Shown one piece after another: positions 52,082 to 61,737 of a DNA stretch of 64,000 nt. This stretch comes from Candidatus Eiseniibacteriota bacterium (GTDB lineage Bacteria; Eisenbacteria; RBG-16-71-46; CAVPCR01). The notes beneath the pieces were generated by a model. It saw only the letters and a program-made list of their open reading frames with translations. It had not been told where the DNA came from and ran no database searches. Location of the stretch: contig CAVPCR010000001.1 of assembly GCA_963702435.1 (NCBI GenBank), positions 128,001 through 192,000 on the forward strand, written 5' to 3'. The translations under genes and the position numbers were made by a program. Every line of letters starts with the position of its first letter. Position 1 is the first letter of the stretch.

Positions 52082-52626
52082 AGCGCTTGCCCCCTTTCCC
52101 CGCCCTTGAGCGGCCTTGAAAACCCGTCGTTGTCGATCAATCCGTTCACCCCAATCGGGAACGCCCGGTATTGGGATCCGGACGCTTTGCGACCGACAGA
52201 ATGATTGGTCATATGACCATAATGGGCGGATTCGTCAGCAGCAGTCACTCCCCGTTTACCACCGGGCACCTTTCTCGTAGGGCCTCTGCGCCGTGCCTCG
52301 ATGTCGAGCAAACGCGGCTCTAAACCGCCGGCGCCTCCCGCCTTCTGCCCCGTTACTGCCTTCGAGTGACCGATGCTTTATCCGCAACGCGGCCGCGAAC
52401 TCGGCGCGAGGTATGCTGGGCGTCCGACTCGCGCGCCGGTCGCCGGCGAACGACGGCCTGCGCGGTGACTACGGCCCCGGTGGGCATGGACGCGCAGTTC
52501 ATGCTTCACCGATGGAGACGCACGCAAACATGAGTCCTTGGACATGAATCACACGCCCGACAGAGGACAGTCGCAAGCGCCTTCTTCGGGTCCGACAGCG
52601 TCCTTTCGTCCCTTGTTGACGCCCAA

Positions 52627-52923
52627 CGAGGGCCTCAGCTGCGGCGGGCGGCCGCGCACGGCGCTCCTTCGCTACCCTCACCTTCGCGCCGGCCGCCGCC
52701 AGCTGCAGGCCCAGGTTCTGCGGCCGCCTCGATGGTGCCCCATGGCGGCGGTGCCGGCCCTCTTCAGCTCGGCGGTTCGGTCCCGACTCGTCAGCTTCTT
52801 CCTACCCCCTCACCACCGGGGGCCGGCGCCGCGCCGCGCGGAGTCCGCACAACACGACCATTCCCCTCTTCGCCCGATCTTCCTTCTCCCTACACGTCCT
52901 CGGCGCTCCATCGGACCACAGAA
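52627..52923 (-). mobile_element. ORF-less gene cassette, subfamily B (attC 52621-52721)
   Basis: Differs from 32493-32789 at two positions by my reading. Confidence 0.85.
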
Positions 52924-54307
52924 CGCTCCGCGTAAGGATGCGCGAGATAATAACTGACACATTGACTATGTCTTGCGTGGTCGGATGGAGTAGTTCCAGT
53001 CGCCGTGGAAGGAGTCCGGCATGAGGCGGATCGTCGCCATCTGCTCGTCGGTGATCTTGATCTCTCGGGGTAGTGCCGCGTGTCGAGGATGCAGTCGACC
53101 TTCAGGCCGGTGGACGTGCGCGTGTTGGCGATGAGCTTGACGATCGTCGCGTGGGTCAGCAGCGGGCGCCCGCGCCAGTTCTGGCTGATGAAGGAGAACA
53201 GCCGATGCTCGATCTTGTTCCACTTGCTGGTTCCCGGGGGAAGGTGGGACACGTGGATCGTCAGCCGCGTGGCGTCGGCCAATCGCTGCAGTTCCCACTT
53301 CCACAGCCGGACGCGAGTGCCGTTGCTGCCGCCGCTGTCGGCGGTGATCAGCAGCGACTTGGCCCGCGGGTAAGCCTTGGCTCCCATCTTCTTCCACCAG
53401 CGGCGGATGGTGTCCACCGCGAAGGCGGCCGTGTCGTGGTCGATGCCCACCGTCACCCAGCCCCGGTTCAGGCCAGGTCGTAGACGCCGTACGGGATGGC
53501 CTTGCCCTTCGTGGGATCGATGAAGTCATGGACCCGAACCGGCTCCGGGTTGCCCCGGGGACGCCATTCCCGCCCGGCGTTCTTGAAGTCTCCGACCAGT
53601 TCCTTCTTCTTGGTGTCGACCGAGATCGCCGGCTGCCGCGCGCCGGAGCTGCCGCATCCACCCGGGCGTTGATATGCCGGAACTGCGCATCGCGATCCGG
53701 ATGCCGGGCGCCCTCCTTCGTCTTGCGATTGCCTGCAGGCTGTATCCGAGATCGTGCAGCAGCTGCCGCACCAGCCAATCACTGGCCGGGTGGCCCTGCC
53801 GCCGCCAACTCCCCGGCCAGCAACCGCGTGCTCTTGCAGGTCCACCGCAACGGCGATTCCGGATCGCCCCGGCTCACCGGATCGACCAGTTGCTCCAGGG
53901 CCGCGCTCAAGCTCGGATCGATCGCCGTCGCCTGCTTGCGCCCGCCCGCCGCGTCGGCGAACACGCCCCTGCATCGACCGCGGCTCCGCCCGAGTCTCCT
54001 TCATGCCCCGCACGAATCGTGCTGCGCGAGATGCCGGTCGCCCGCGCCACCAGGGAGACCCCGCCATAGCCCAGCGCCTGCGCCTCCGCCGCTGCCCAGA
54101 GCCGACGCGAGCGCTCGTTCAACGAATGCTTGAGCATCCGATACTTCTGGCGGATCACCTCAAGCTGCGTCACACCTCAAGTATCGCACAGCTCCTCCAT
54201 TGTGTCACTTATTATCTCGCGGCTCCTAACCGGCCGCCGGCGCGCGAAGCGCGACGGGTACCCACCAGCAACGCTGGTGGGCGGTCCGGTTCACGCGGAG
54301 GTTAGGT
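52918..54307 (-). other. attC split by ISAzo13 element
   Basis: ACCTAAC CTCCGCGT[G]AACCGG[A]CCGCC...GGCGGCCGGTTA|CGCGGAGC GTTCTGT. Confidence 0.88.
52936..54226 (-). mobile_element. ISAzo13-family element (frameshifted transposase)
   Basis: IRs GGA..CGCGAGATAATAA.TGACACA; DR TAA; ISVDTKKKELVG, ITADSGGSN, PPGTSKWNKIEHR. Confidence 0.9.
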
Positions 54308-54325
54308 CTCACTGCAGCTCGCCGG

Positions 54326-54736
54326 TTACTTGGCCCGCATGCGGTTGTTCTTGGCGTGGTGCTCCAGCTCGCAGAGCCCTAGCTCCTCCATCAGTGGCGG
54401 GACGTAGACACCGAACCTCCCCCGAAGCCCTTTCTTTAGCCCGTACCATCCGCCCACTGGATTGCTAGACGACCTTCCCCAAGCCTCCACTGTTCCTTCC
54501 TTCGCTGGCTTCTGCTCATCCGCACCGCCAAGCTCGACCCAATCGCCTGCCTTCTTGAGCATCGCGTGGAGGTCATCGACGCACCGAGCGTCGTAGTGCA
54601 GAACCGTGCTGCCAACCGTGCACACCAGGATCTTCTTCCCGTCTTTCTCGTCGACGTGCATCGTGAACTCAGAAGTCCCCGGCGGGGTCTTCAACTTCCA
54701 CGGGTTGTCTCTTGTTCGATTCAGAGCTGTCCCCAC
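54326..54736 (-). CDS. DUF6855-like cassette protein
   Basis: PWKLKTPPGTSE, GTVEAWGRS..NPVGGWYGL..G.RGRFG; AAGGAG before GTG 54736. Confidence 0.75.
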   Translation of the reverse strand: MGTALNRTRDNPWKLKTPPGTSEFTMHVDEKDGKKILVCTVGSTVLHYDARCVDDLHAMLKKAGDWVELGGADEQKPAKEGTVEAWGRSSSNPVGGWYGLKKGLRGRFGVYVPPLMEELGLCELEHHAKNNRMRAK

Positions 54737-54783
54737 GGTGCTCCTTTCGCTGTGCCGCACCTGCGCACGTGGTTCGTCGTGAG

Positions 54784-56812
54784 GCCTAACGCTCCGCTTC
54801 ACCCGCGGCCCGCGGCGATTCTAGCCCGAACTCGGCTGAGCACCAGAGCGCGGGCCGCCGGGTGGTAGGGTCAGGGAGTGGCGCCTGGGACCAAGTCCTG
54901 GTTTCCACCCCCTGCCACATCAAACCGTACGTGAGGTTTTCCCTCATACGGCTTTCCGACAACCTTCACCTCACGGCATGCAAGGCTGTAGACCGCTCCG
55001 CCCCGTTGGGTAGAAGTACGTCAGGCCGCTCCGGCGCTCCCACGCCACAAAGGCCTCCGGCAACAGCCGGCCGCGCGAACCCCGCCGCTTCTGCAGGAAC
55101 CGCCACAGCCGAAGCCACACGTACCGATCGAGGTCGGCCAGCTTCTTCGTGGAGTTCCCGATCGAGAAGTAGGCCCGCCAGCCGCGGATGATCCGGTTGA
55201 GAGCGCCCACCAACTCGGCGAGATCCACCCGCAGGCGGGTCCGCTCGACGTTTGCTGGCGAATCTTCTCACGTACCGCTTCATCGCCTTCTGGCTCGGCC
55301 ACGCGTAGGGCACCAGACGGCCGGTCCGCCTCGACGGCGTCTTGTGGAAGTGGAAGCCGAGGAAGTCGAAGCCGTCGCTCCCCAGGTCGACCACGCGGGT
55401 CTTCCCCGGATGCAGGGTCAGCTTCAACCGCCCCAGAAACCCGCGATGAGGTCGTGCGCCTGTTGCGCCGCCTCGCGGCTGCGGCAGACGACCACGAAAT
55501 CGTCGCAGTATCGATGGAGTTGGCCGACGCCCGTGTGACGATCGCTCCACCACCTGTCCAGCGTGTGCAGGTAGATGTTGGCCAGAAGGGGGCTGATCAC
55601 CCCGCCCTGGGGAACGCCACACCGAGTCTCGTGCCGCTGCCCGTCGATGAGGACTCCCGCTCGCAGCCACTGGTCGATCAGCTTCAGCACCCGGCGGTCG
55701 CTGATCCGCCGCCGGACGAGACTCATCAGAATCTCGTGGTCCACGTTGTCGAAGTAGCCCTCGATGTCGGCATCGACGACCCACCAACTGCGGACCAGTG
55801 CCTCCTTGACCGCCAGCACCGCTTGCCCCGCGCTGCGTTTGGGTCGATACCCGTACGAGCACGGCAGGAAGTTCGCCTCGAAGAGCGGCTCGATGACGAT
55901 CTTGCACGCCTGCTGGACCACCCGATCTCGAACCGTCGGGATCCCCAGCGGACGCTTGCGACCATCCGGCTTCGGGATCTCCACCCGCAGCACCGGCTGC
56001 GGGCGATACCGCTGCGCCTTCAGGTCCGCGGCGAGGTCTCCGAGAAATGCTCGACGCCGTGGCGCTCCACATCTTCGATGCTCACGCCATCGACGCCGGC
56101 TCGGCCTCGGTTCGCTCGCACTTCTACCCAGGCCCGCCACAGCACGTCGGGCCGGACGATGCGGTCATACAGAGCGTGGAACCGACGGCTCCGACTCCTC
56201 TTGGCCGCAAGATACAGTCGGCGCTGGAGGTCTCGTGACTTTTCTCTCGGGTGTGGTTGGCTCTTGCGAGCATGCACCGTCACTTCCCTCCCCGCTCGAC
56301 ACGGTTGAAGCAGGGGACCTTCCCTCCGATGCGGTTCTGTTGTCCGCACCATCACCGGTACTATGTCCCCCTCCGACTTCTCACGCGGCACCGGCTTGGA
56401 TTTCGCAGCAACGTGCTTATACCACGCCTTCCGCGGGCTGTGGCCCCGCGACCACCGTGAGATCTCCCTTGTTGCCCTGATGGCTGTCCCAGCATTCCGC
56501 TCCCCCTACGCCGGAGGGTTCTTCGAGGCTGCACTTCCAGAGTCTTCGCCTCTTCCGTGGCCTTCGCGTTGCTTGAAACGCTCGGCTCCCTCTTGCTCCC
56601 CTTGCGGGGCTAACATGTCGACGCTGCAGGATTCCCTTGATGGTACGGACTGCTGGTTTGCGCTCCCTTCCCAGGAGGATACTGCGCTTCACCACACCCG
56701 GTCGCCCCGGTGCAGCGGCAGCCTGCTACGCGGCTCTCTGGCGATTACCGCGACCGGACTTGCACCGGCTAGTCATCAGAACCTTTCAAGGCGCACCAAG
56801 CGGATGTTATGC
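54784..56812 (-). other. attC split by group II intron
   Basis: GCATAAC ATCCGCTTG|CACCCGGCGGCCCGCG...CGCGGGCCGCGGGTGAAGCGGAGC GTTAGGC. Confidence 0.9.
54865..56796 (-). mobile_element. ltrA: Group IIB-type intron copy 3, diverged relative (RT 54971-56283, several frameshifts)
   Basis: GTGCG...CCCTAC ends, same D5, RYCDD. Confidence 0.9.
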
Positions 56813-58539
56813 GTCCAGATCGCGGCGGACCCAACCGCCGTGAATGTCCAGGTTCGCCTGGCCGACGTCGAACGCCGCGGGGTCGGCTGGTTTGCCGACC
56901 CATTCCAGCATCTCTCGGTGTTCCGGATGCTTCGGATTCCCGATGACCTCACGATAGTGTGCGTAGCCGTGGATGCCTCCGACGTCCTCCGGAGGGCACG
57001 CCCGCCTTCCGGCCTCGACGATGGGATACCGTCCGTCATTCCCTGGCGGGAGAAGCGCTTCGAGAATCACCTCGTGCTCCCAGCCATCACCGAAGTCATA
57101 CTCATACTAACCATTTCATAAGTAGGGGATCATATTATGCTTGACAAGGCGATGGTGTTGTGCGATCTACTCGATCATGAAGCGAGTCGATGGTCGAACC
57201 CTCAGTCATAAGACACTTGAAGAGCTTCGCGTGCGCGCCGTCCTGAGAGTAGAGGCGGGGGAGAGCCCGGAAGCAGTGATCCGAGCGTTGGGCTTCTCGC
57301 GAGCCAGGATCTATGAGTGGATCGCTCGTTATCGCGAGGGTGGGCTCGATGCGCTCAAGGCCAAGCCTCTGTACGGGCGGCCACCCGTACTCGACGGCAG
57401 GCAAGTGCGCTGGATCTACAAGGCAGTCACGAAGAAGGATCCACGCCAGTTCCAGTTCGAGTTCGCCCTGTGGACGGTGGCCATGATTCGGGAAGTGATC
57501 CGCCGCCATCTGAACGTGCGCTTGAGTCGGGTCTCCGTCTGGCGTCTGCTGAAGAAGCTCGGGCTGACCCCGCAAAGGCCTTTGCATCGAGCCTACCAGC
57601 AGGACCCCGAGGCAGTGCGGGTCTGGATCGAGGAGGAATACCCGCGCGTCAAGGCGGAGGCCAAGCGCCAGGGCGCCGAGATCTACTTCGGAGATGAAGC
57701 TGGCGTGCGCTCGGACTGCCATGCCGGCACCACGTGGGCACCCCGCGGTCAAACGCCGGTGGTGCGGACGACGGGTGCCCGGTTCGGGCTGAACATGATC
57801 TCGGCCATCAGTGCGCGGGGAAGCTTGCGCTTCATGATCGTCCCCGGCCGTATGACGGCCAGCAAGTTCTGTGATTTCCTGAAGCGACTGCTGCACAAGG
57901 CGCGGCGGCCGGTCTACCTGATCGTCGACGGTCACCCAGCGCACCGGGCGGCTGCAGTGAAGCGCTTTGTGCAGTCCACCAAGGGGCGGCTCCGGCTGTT
58001 CTGTCTTCCCTCCTACTCCCCAGAACTCAACCCGGATGAGCAGGTCTGGAATCACTTGAAGAACCACGGGGTCGGCAAGCGAGCCATTATGGGGCCGGAG
58101 CACCTCAAGAAAGTCGTGCTGGGGCACCTGCGGGCACTACAGAAAAACCGAGACAAGATCCGCTCCTTCTTTTCTGACCCTCACACCAAGTACGCGGCCT
58201 GACCATGAGCGCTTACTTACGAAATGCTTGGTATCTCAAACGATCCTTCGGCCGACGGAGTAGCTGGTCAAGGGTCGTCGTCTTCTCACTCAGCCGTATC
58301 AAACCAAGCTCGCGATCTGAGGTCCCGTAGAGCACACCTCCAGCCTCGAATTGGTGCAGGTGACTATCCGTCCAGCCCATGACCGCCTGCAACGAATCGT
58401 GCAACCGCTTCAAGGTGATGCCACCGGGTACGAGGAACCGCCGCCACATCGGCGGCCGTGATCCTCGCAATGTCACCTTGAGCCTGTAGATCGGCCCACC
58501 CGTTTCGCGAATCCTCACCTGAGTCTCCTCTGTACGCAT
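56807..58539 (-). pseudogene. pRiA4b ORF-3 family cassette gene interrupted by IS630
   Basis: PPMWRR..LH..Q.VMGW...HLHQF ... RY|EYDFGDGWEH ... CPPEDVGG. Confidence 0.88.
57107..58231 (+). mobile_element. IS630-family element (transposase 57177-58202)
   Basis: TA duplication; IRs C(T/C)AA(C/G)CATTTC(A/G)TAAGTA; FGDE, IVDG, PSYSPELNPDE. Confidence 0.92.
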
Positions 58540-58541
58540 AA

Positions 58542-58851
58542 CGCTTGCCTCAGCCGCGGCGGGCCACCGTCACGGCCGCGCCCAGCTCCTCGATCTCACT
58601 GCCCGCCGGCGGCTGCAGGCGAGTGTTCTGAGGCTGGCTCGGCGTCCCCGCTCGTGGCGGCGGTGCCGGCCGTCCCCAGCGCCGCGCCCCGGCCCTCATC
58701 ACCTACGTCCCTTCCGTCCTCCCTACTACCTACGGCCGGCGCCGCGCCGCAACCAACTTCCCCTCGCAACCAAACATCGATCCAGACCACGCTCGCATCT
58801 GACCACATGACCTGATCCACACTCTGCTTCCAGCCCCGTCGGCGCTCAGAA
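58542..58851 (-). mobile_element. ORF-less gene cassette, subfamily A (attC 58536-58631)
   Basis: Start GTTCTGA, R'' TCAGAAC. Confidence 0.85.
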
Positions 58852-59161
58852 CGCTGGCCTCAGCCGCGGCGGGCGTTCACCGCGGCCTCTCTCTCACCAC
58901 TCACCTACCCGCCCGCCGGCGGCTGCAGGCGAGTGTTCTGAGGCTGGCTCGGCGTCCCTGCTCATGGCGGCGGTGCCGGCCGTCCCCAGCGCGGCGCCCC
59001 GGCCCTCATCACCTGCGCCTCTTCCTGACTCCCTGCCACCTGCGGCCGGCGCCGCGCCGCAACCAACTTCCCCTCCCGACCAAACATCGATCCAGACCAC
59101 GCTCGCATCAGGCCACATGACCTGATCCGCCCTCTGCTTCCAGCCCCGTCAGCACTCAGAA
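58852..59161 (-). mobile_element. ORF-less gene cassette, subfamily A, first in array (attC 58846-58941)
   Basis: Start GTTCTGA, R'' TCAGAAC. Confidence 0.85.
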
Positions 59162-59175
59162 CGCTAAGTATCTTG
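59156..59175 (-). other. Possible attI-like junction at array head
   Basis: AAGATAC TTAGC G|TTCTGA with no attC hairpin upstream. Confidence 0.35.
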
Positions 59176-59584
59176 CACGGATAGCCCACCACGGGCCGCC
59201 AGCCACGGGCCAGCTATCGGGATGGGCTGCGAACTGGGATCCCGCCGAATTGGGGACGGCATCCCCACTTTCGCCCTTCGGCTCCGCGCCGGCCGCGGAG
59301 GGCGAACTGGATTGCCTGCGACGAGCCGCAGCGTATTCGGATATGGGTCGCTCTTCGCTCTTGTTGCCTCCGCGCCCCCCGCAGCCGGCTAATGGAGGGC
59401 CTCGCCATCACCAAGGAACTCCCAATTGCTCCGCGCCTCCGGGCTTGCGTGCACGCGCCGGGGTGCGCTTCGCCCCTTCACCGGCGGCATCGCCGGCTAC
59501 GGGGCACCCTCTCTCACCGCTCGAAGGAGCGCTGGCCACGCCGGCCGGCCGCGGCGAGCGGCGGCTTGAGGCCGGCGGTACCGC

Positions 59585-60385
59585 TCAGACCGCCCCGACG
59601 AGGCTATCTCCGACGACTCGCCCGCGGCGGACGCGCCATGGCCGCCGGCCGCCGTAGTGGACGCCTTCCTCAGCAACGCCCGGCGCCGCGCCGCTCGATA
59701 GCGACCCCACCGCCGCCACCGCCTCGGCATCGACCTCGACCACGGCGCCCCGGCCGAGCAAGGTCACGTTGAGAACCAGGCAAACCCGGCGCCGCCTCAC
59801 CCAGGCGACCCGGCCCACGACCCCGCTCAGCAATCCGCTCGCCACTCGCACGAGCATCCCGCGCGCGAGCGACGGCCCTGCGGCGAGATCCACCCCGGCC
59901 GCGAGCGCCCTGCGGATCTGCCGGAGCTCATCCAGCAACAACGCCGGGTGCGGGACCGGGATCACGCGCGCGATCGCCCCGCCTTCGAGGAGCGGCTCCC
60001 GCGCGGAAGGCCCGAGGCAGGCGAACACGTAGCCTGGGAAGAGCGGCACCTGGTGGGCGCGGTGCCGGCCGGAGCTGGCCCGCATTTCGCGAAGAGGAAG
60101 GTAATGGCGGATGCCGAGACGCGCGCAGGCCCGGGCAGCTTTCTTCTCGCACCGGGAGCGCGTGTAGAGGACCGTCCAGCGCTCGCCGGCAGCCGCGGAA
60201 TCGAGGAGGTCCCCCGGCGGCAGTTCTGTGGGATCGAGGAGCACTGCCGAGGCGGGATCCGAGGAGGACGATCCCGCGGGATCGGGGGCGTCGATCACGG
60301 CCGGCCCCGCCTCGCCGATCACTGGCGCGGCCGCTGTCTCCCTCGCTCTCTGCCAGTCGGTCGATGGCGCGGGGGCGGGCTCCAT
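59585..60385 (-). CDS. NusG paralog (RfaH/UpxY-like transcription antiterminator)
   Basis: NGN: WTVLYTRSRCEKK..HYLPL..PLFPGYVF; KOW: GMLVRVASGLLSGVVG; true start uncertain. Confidence 0.85.
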   Translation of the reverse strand: MEPAPAPSTDWQRARETAAAPVIGEAGPAVIDAPDPAGSSSSDPASAVLLDPTELPPGDLLDSAAAGERWTVLYTRSRCEKKAARACARLGIRHYLPLREMRASSGRHRAHQVPLFPGYVFACLGPSAREPLLEGGAIARVIPVPHPALLLDELRQIRRALAAGVDLAAGPSLARGMLVRVASGLLSGVVGRVAWVRRRRVCLVLNVTLLGRGAVVEVDAEAVAAVGSLSSGAAPGVAEEGVHYGGRRPWRVRRGRVVGDSLVGAV

Positions 60386-60644
60386 CCCAACCTCGATCGG
60401 GTCTCGTCCGTCATCACCGGAGGGAGCGTCTGCCCCCGCCTGGAGCTACCGTAAGTGCAAAGGTATCAGACCGATCGGGCTTCTACAAGCGATGTCTCGC
60501 CACAACTTCTTGTCCCCGGAGCCCGGGCGCCGCCGCATCCTGTCCCCACCGCCGCACGGCCCCCCCGTCAGCCAGAGCCCCGTCAACAAGACCAAGACCC
60601 GGGGATCCCGAGCACCATCTCGCCCTCGTTGCCAGAAGGAAGCG

Positions 60645-61625
60645 CTAGGCCGGGTACTGAACGAGCTGGATCTCATTGCCCGCAGGATCACGCATCGTGG
60701 CCAGGGTGCCTCCCCAGGACTGCCTTTCGGGTGCTCCGGAGAAGACGACTCCGGCGGATGACAGGCGCTCGTGTTCGGTGGCCACGTTCGCCACAGCGAA
60801 AGACAGCCCGGTGAACCGGCCAACGAGCGCTCGATCCTCCGGTGGAGCGTCTTCGGGCAACGCTTCCACAACGAGGTCCAGGCCACCGGCGTCGAACACG
60901 CAGAAGCCGTAGCTCGTGCCGTCGTGCTTCACTGTCAGGCCGAGCATCGATTCGTAGAAGCGCCTCGCCGTGGCCAGCTCGAGCACGAAGATCCGAGCGG
61001 CGGAGAGTTGCATGGGGCTCGTCCTCACGGGCATGCGAGTGCTCACACCGCGGACCGCGTACGGCCCCAGCGCCTCAGCATGGGCGCCGGGTTTCTCTTG
61101 CTGAGGATTCGCGTTGTATGCCGCCGATCCGCCCGGCGGGATGCTGAGATAGCGCCAGTCGGCTCCACACATCGCATGGGCCAGGGATACGATCTGGCCG
61201 ACATGGTAGCTGGCATGAGCCAGCGAGCGGTGAAGCGCCTCGTGAACCGCGAGAGGCTGGCCGCGGATGAGGACCGTCTTCGTGAGATCGGCGTCCGTTA
61301 GCTGCCCCAGGGTCGCCAGCAGGACATCCCAGCCTTGCTGCCACCGGGCGAGGAGCTCGGCCCGAGAGACGGTCCGGACCGCGAACTCCTCATCGCGCTG
61401 TCGCCACGGCTTCTCCCCATCGCTCGCGAGGAAGTCGGTGAACCGCGACCGGAGGTTCCCCGACAGGTGCCAGCACAGAATAGCCAGCGAGTTGCCCTCG
61501 CCCTCGGCGGACCCCGCGGACCCTGCCTGCGAAAGACTGGCCTCGGGTACCTGCGCGAGCGCCGCCTCGGCCACTGCCTTGTACCGGCAGTACTCCGCCT
61601 CGATGGACTTGATGAGGGTGATCAT
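60645..61625 (-). CDS. DinB/DUF1572-like protein fused to VOC (glyoxalase) domain
   Basis: NSLA..HLSGN..RFTDFL..DGEK.WR.RD.EF, HVGQIV; C-terminal WGG...RDPAGNEIQL. Confidence 0.8.
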   Translation of the reverse strand: MITLIKSIEAEYCRYKAVAEAALAQVPEASLSQAGSAGSAEGEGNSLAILCWHLSGNLRSRFTDFLASDGEKPWRQRDEEFAVRTVSRAELLARWQQGWDVLLATLGQLTDADLTKTVLIRGQPLAVHEALHRSLAHASYHVGQIVSLAHAMCGADWRYLSIPPGGSAAYNANPQQEKPGAHAEALGPYAVRGVSTRMPVRTSPMQLSAARIFVLELATARRFYESMLGLTVKHDGTSYGFCVFDAGGLDLVVEALPEDAPPEDRALVGRFTGLSFAVANVATEHERLSSAGVVFSGAPERQSWGGTLATMRDPAGNEIQLVQYPA

Positions 61626-61737
61626 CGCATGGCTCCCATCCGTTCAGGCGGCCCACTGCGCGCACTCGATCAGCCCGTGGAGAACGAGGAGCAGCGCGAC
61701 CACGAGAAGCACGGCACGCACCCAGTTGCCGCTCGCC

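Larger units (their letters stand above)
18603..59162 (-). mobile_element. Integron-type gene cassette array (about 17 cassettes, no intI seen; CALIN-like)
   Basis: Series of attC hairpins on minus strand with matching R''/R' boxes; all cassette ORFs on minus strand. Confidence 0.9.

Noticed and set aside
27481..56283. RTs as retron, DGR or defence-associated RTs
   Set aside because: Each lies within a complete group II intron (GTGYG start, D5/D6, AY end) and has a maturase domain
58542..59192. Small ORFs inside the ORF-less cassettes (e.g. MFGREGKLVAARRRP)
   Set aside because: Frames and stops are not conserved between copies and are absent from subfamily B
59162..60640. Integron integrase or canonical ops (GGCGGTAG) near the array head
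   Set aside because: No tyrosine recombinase motifs found; no ops match on the minus strand in the leader; the GGCGGTG in the cassette motif is on the opposite strand
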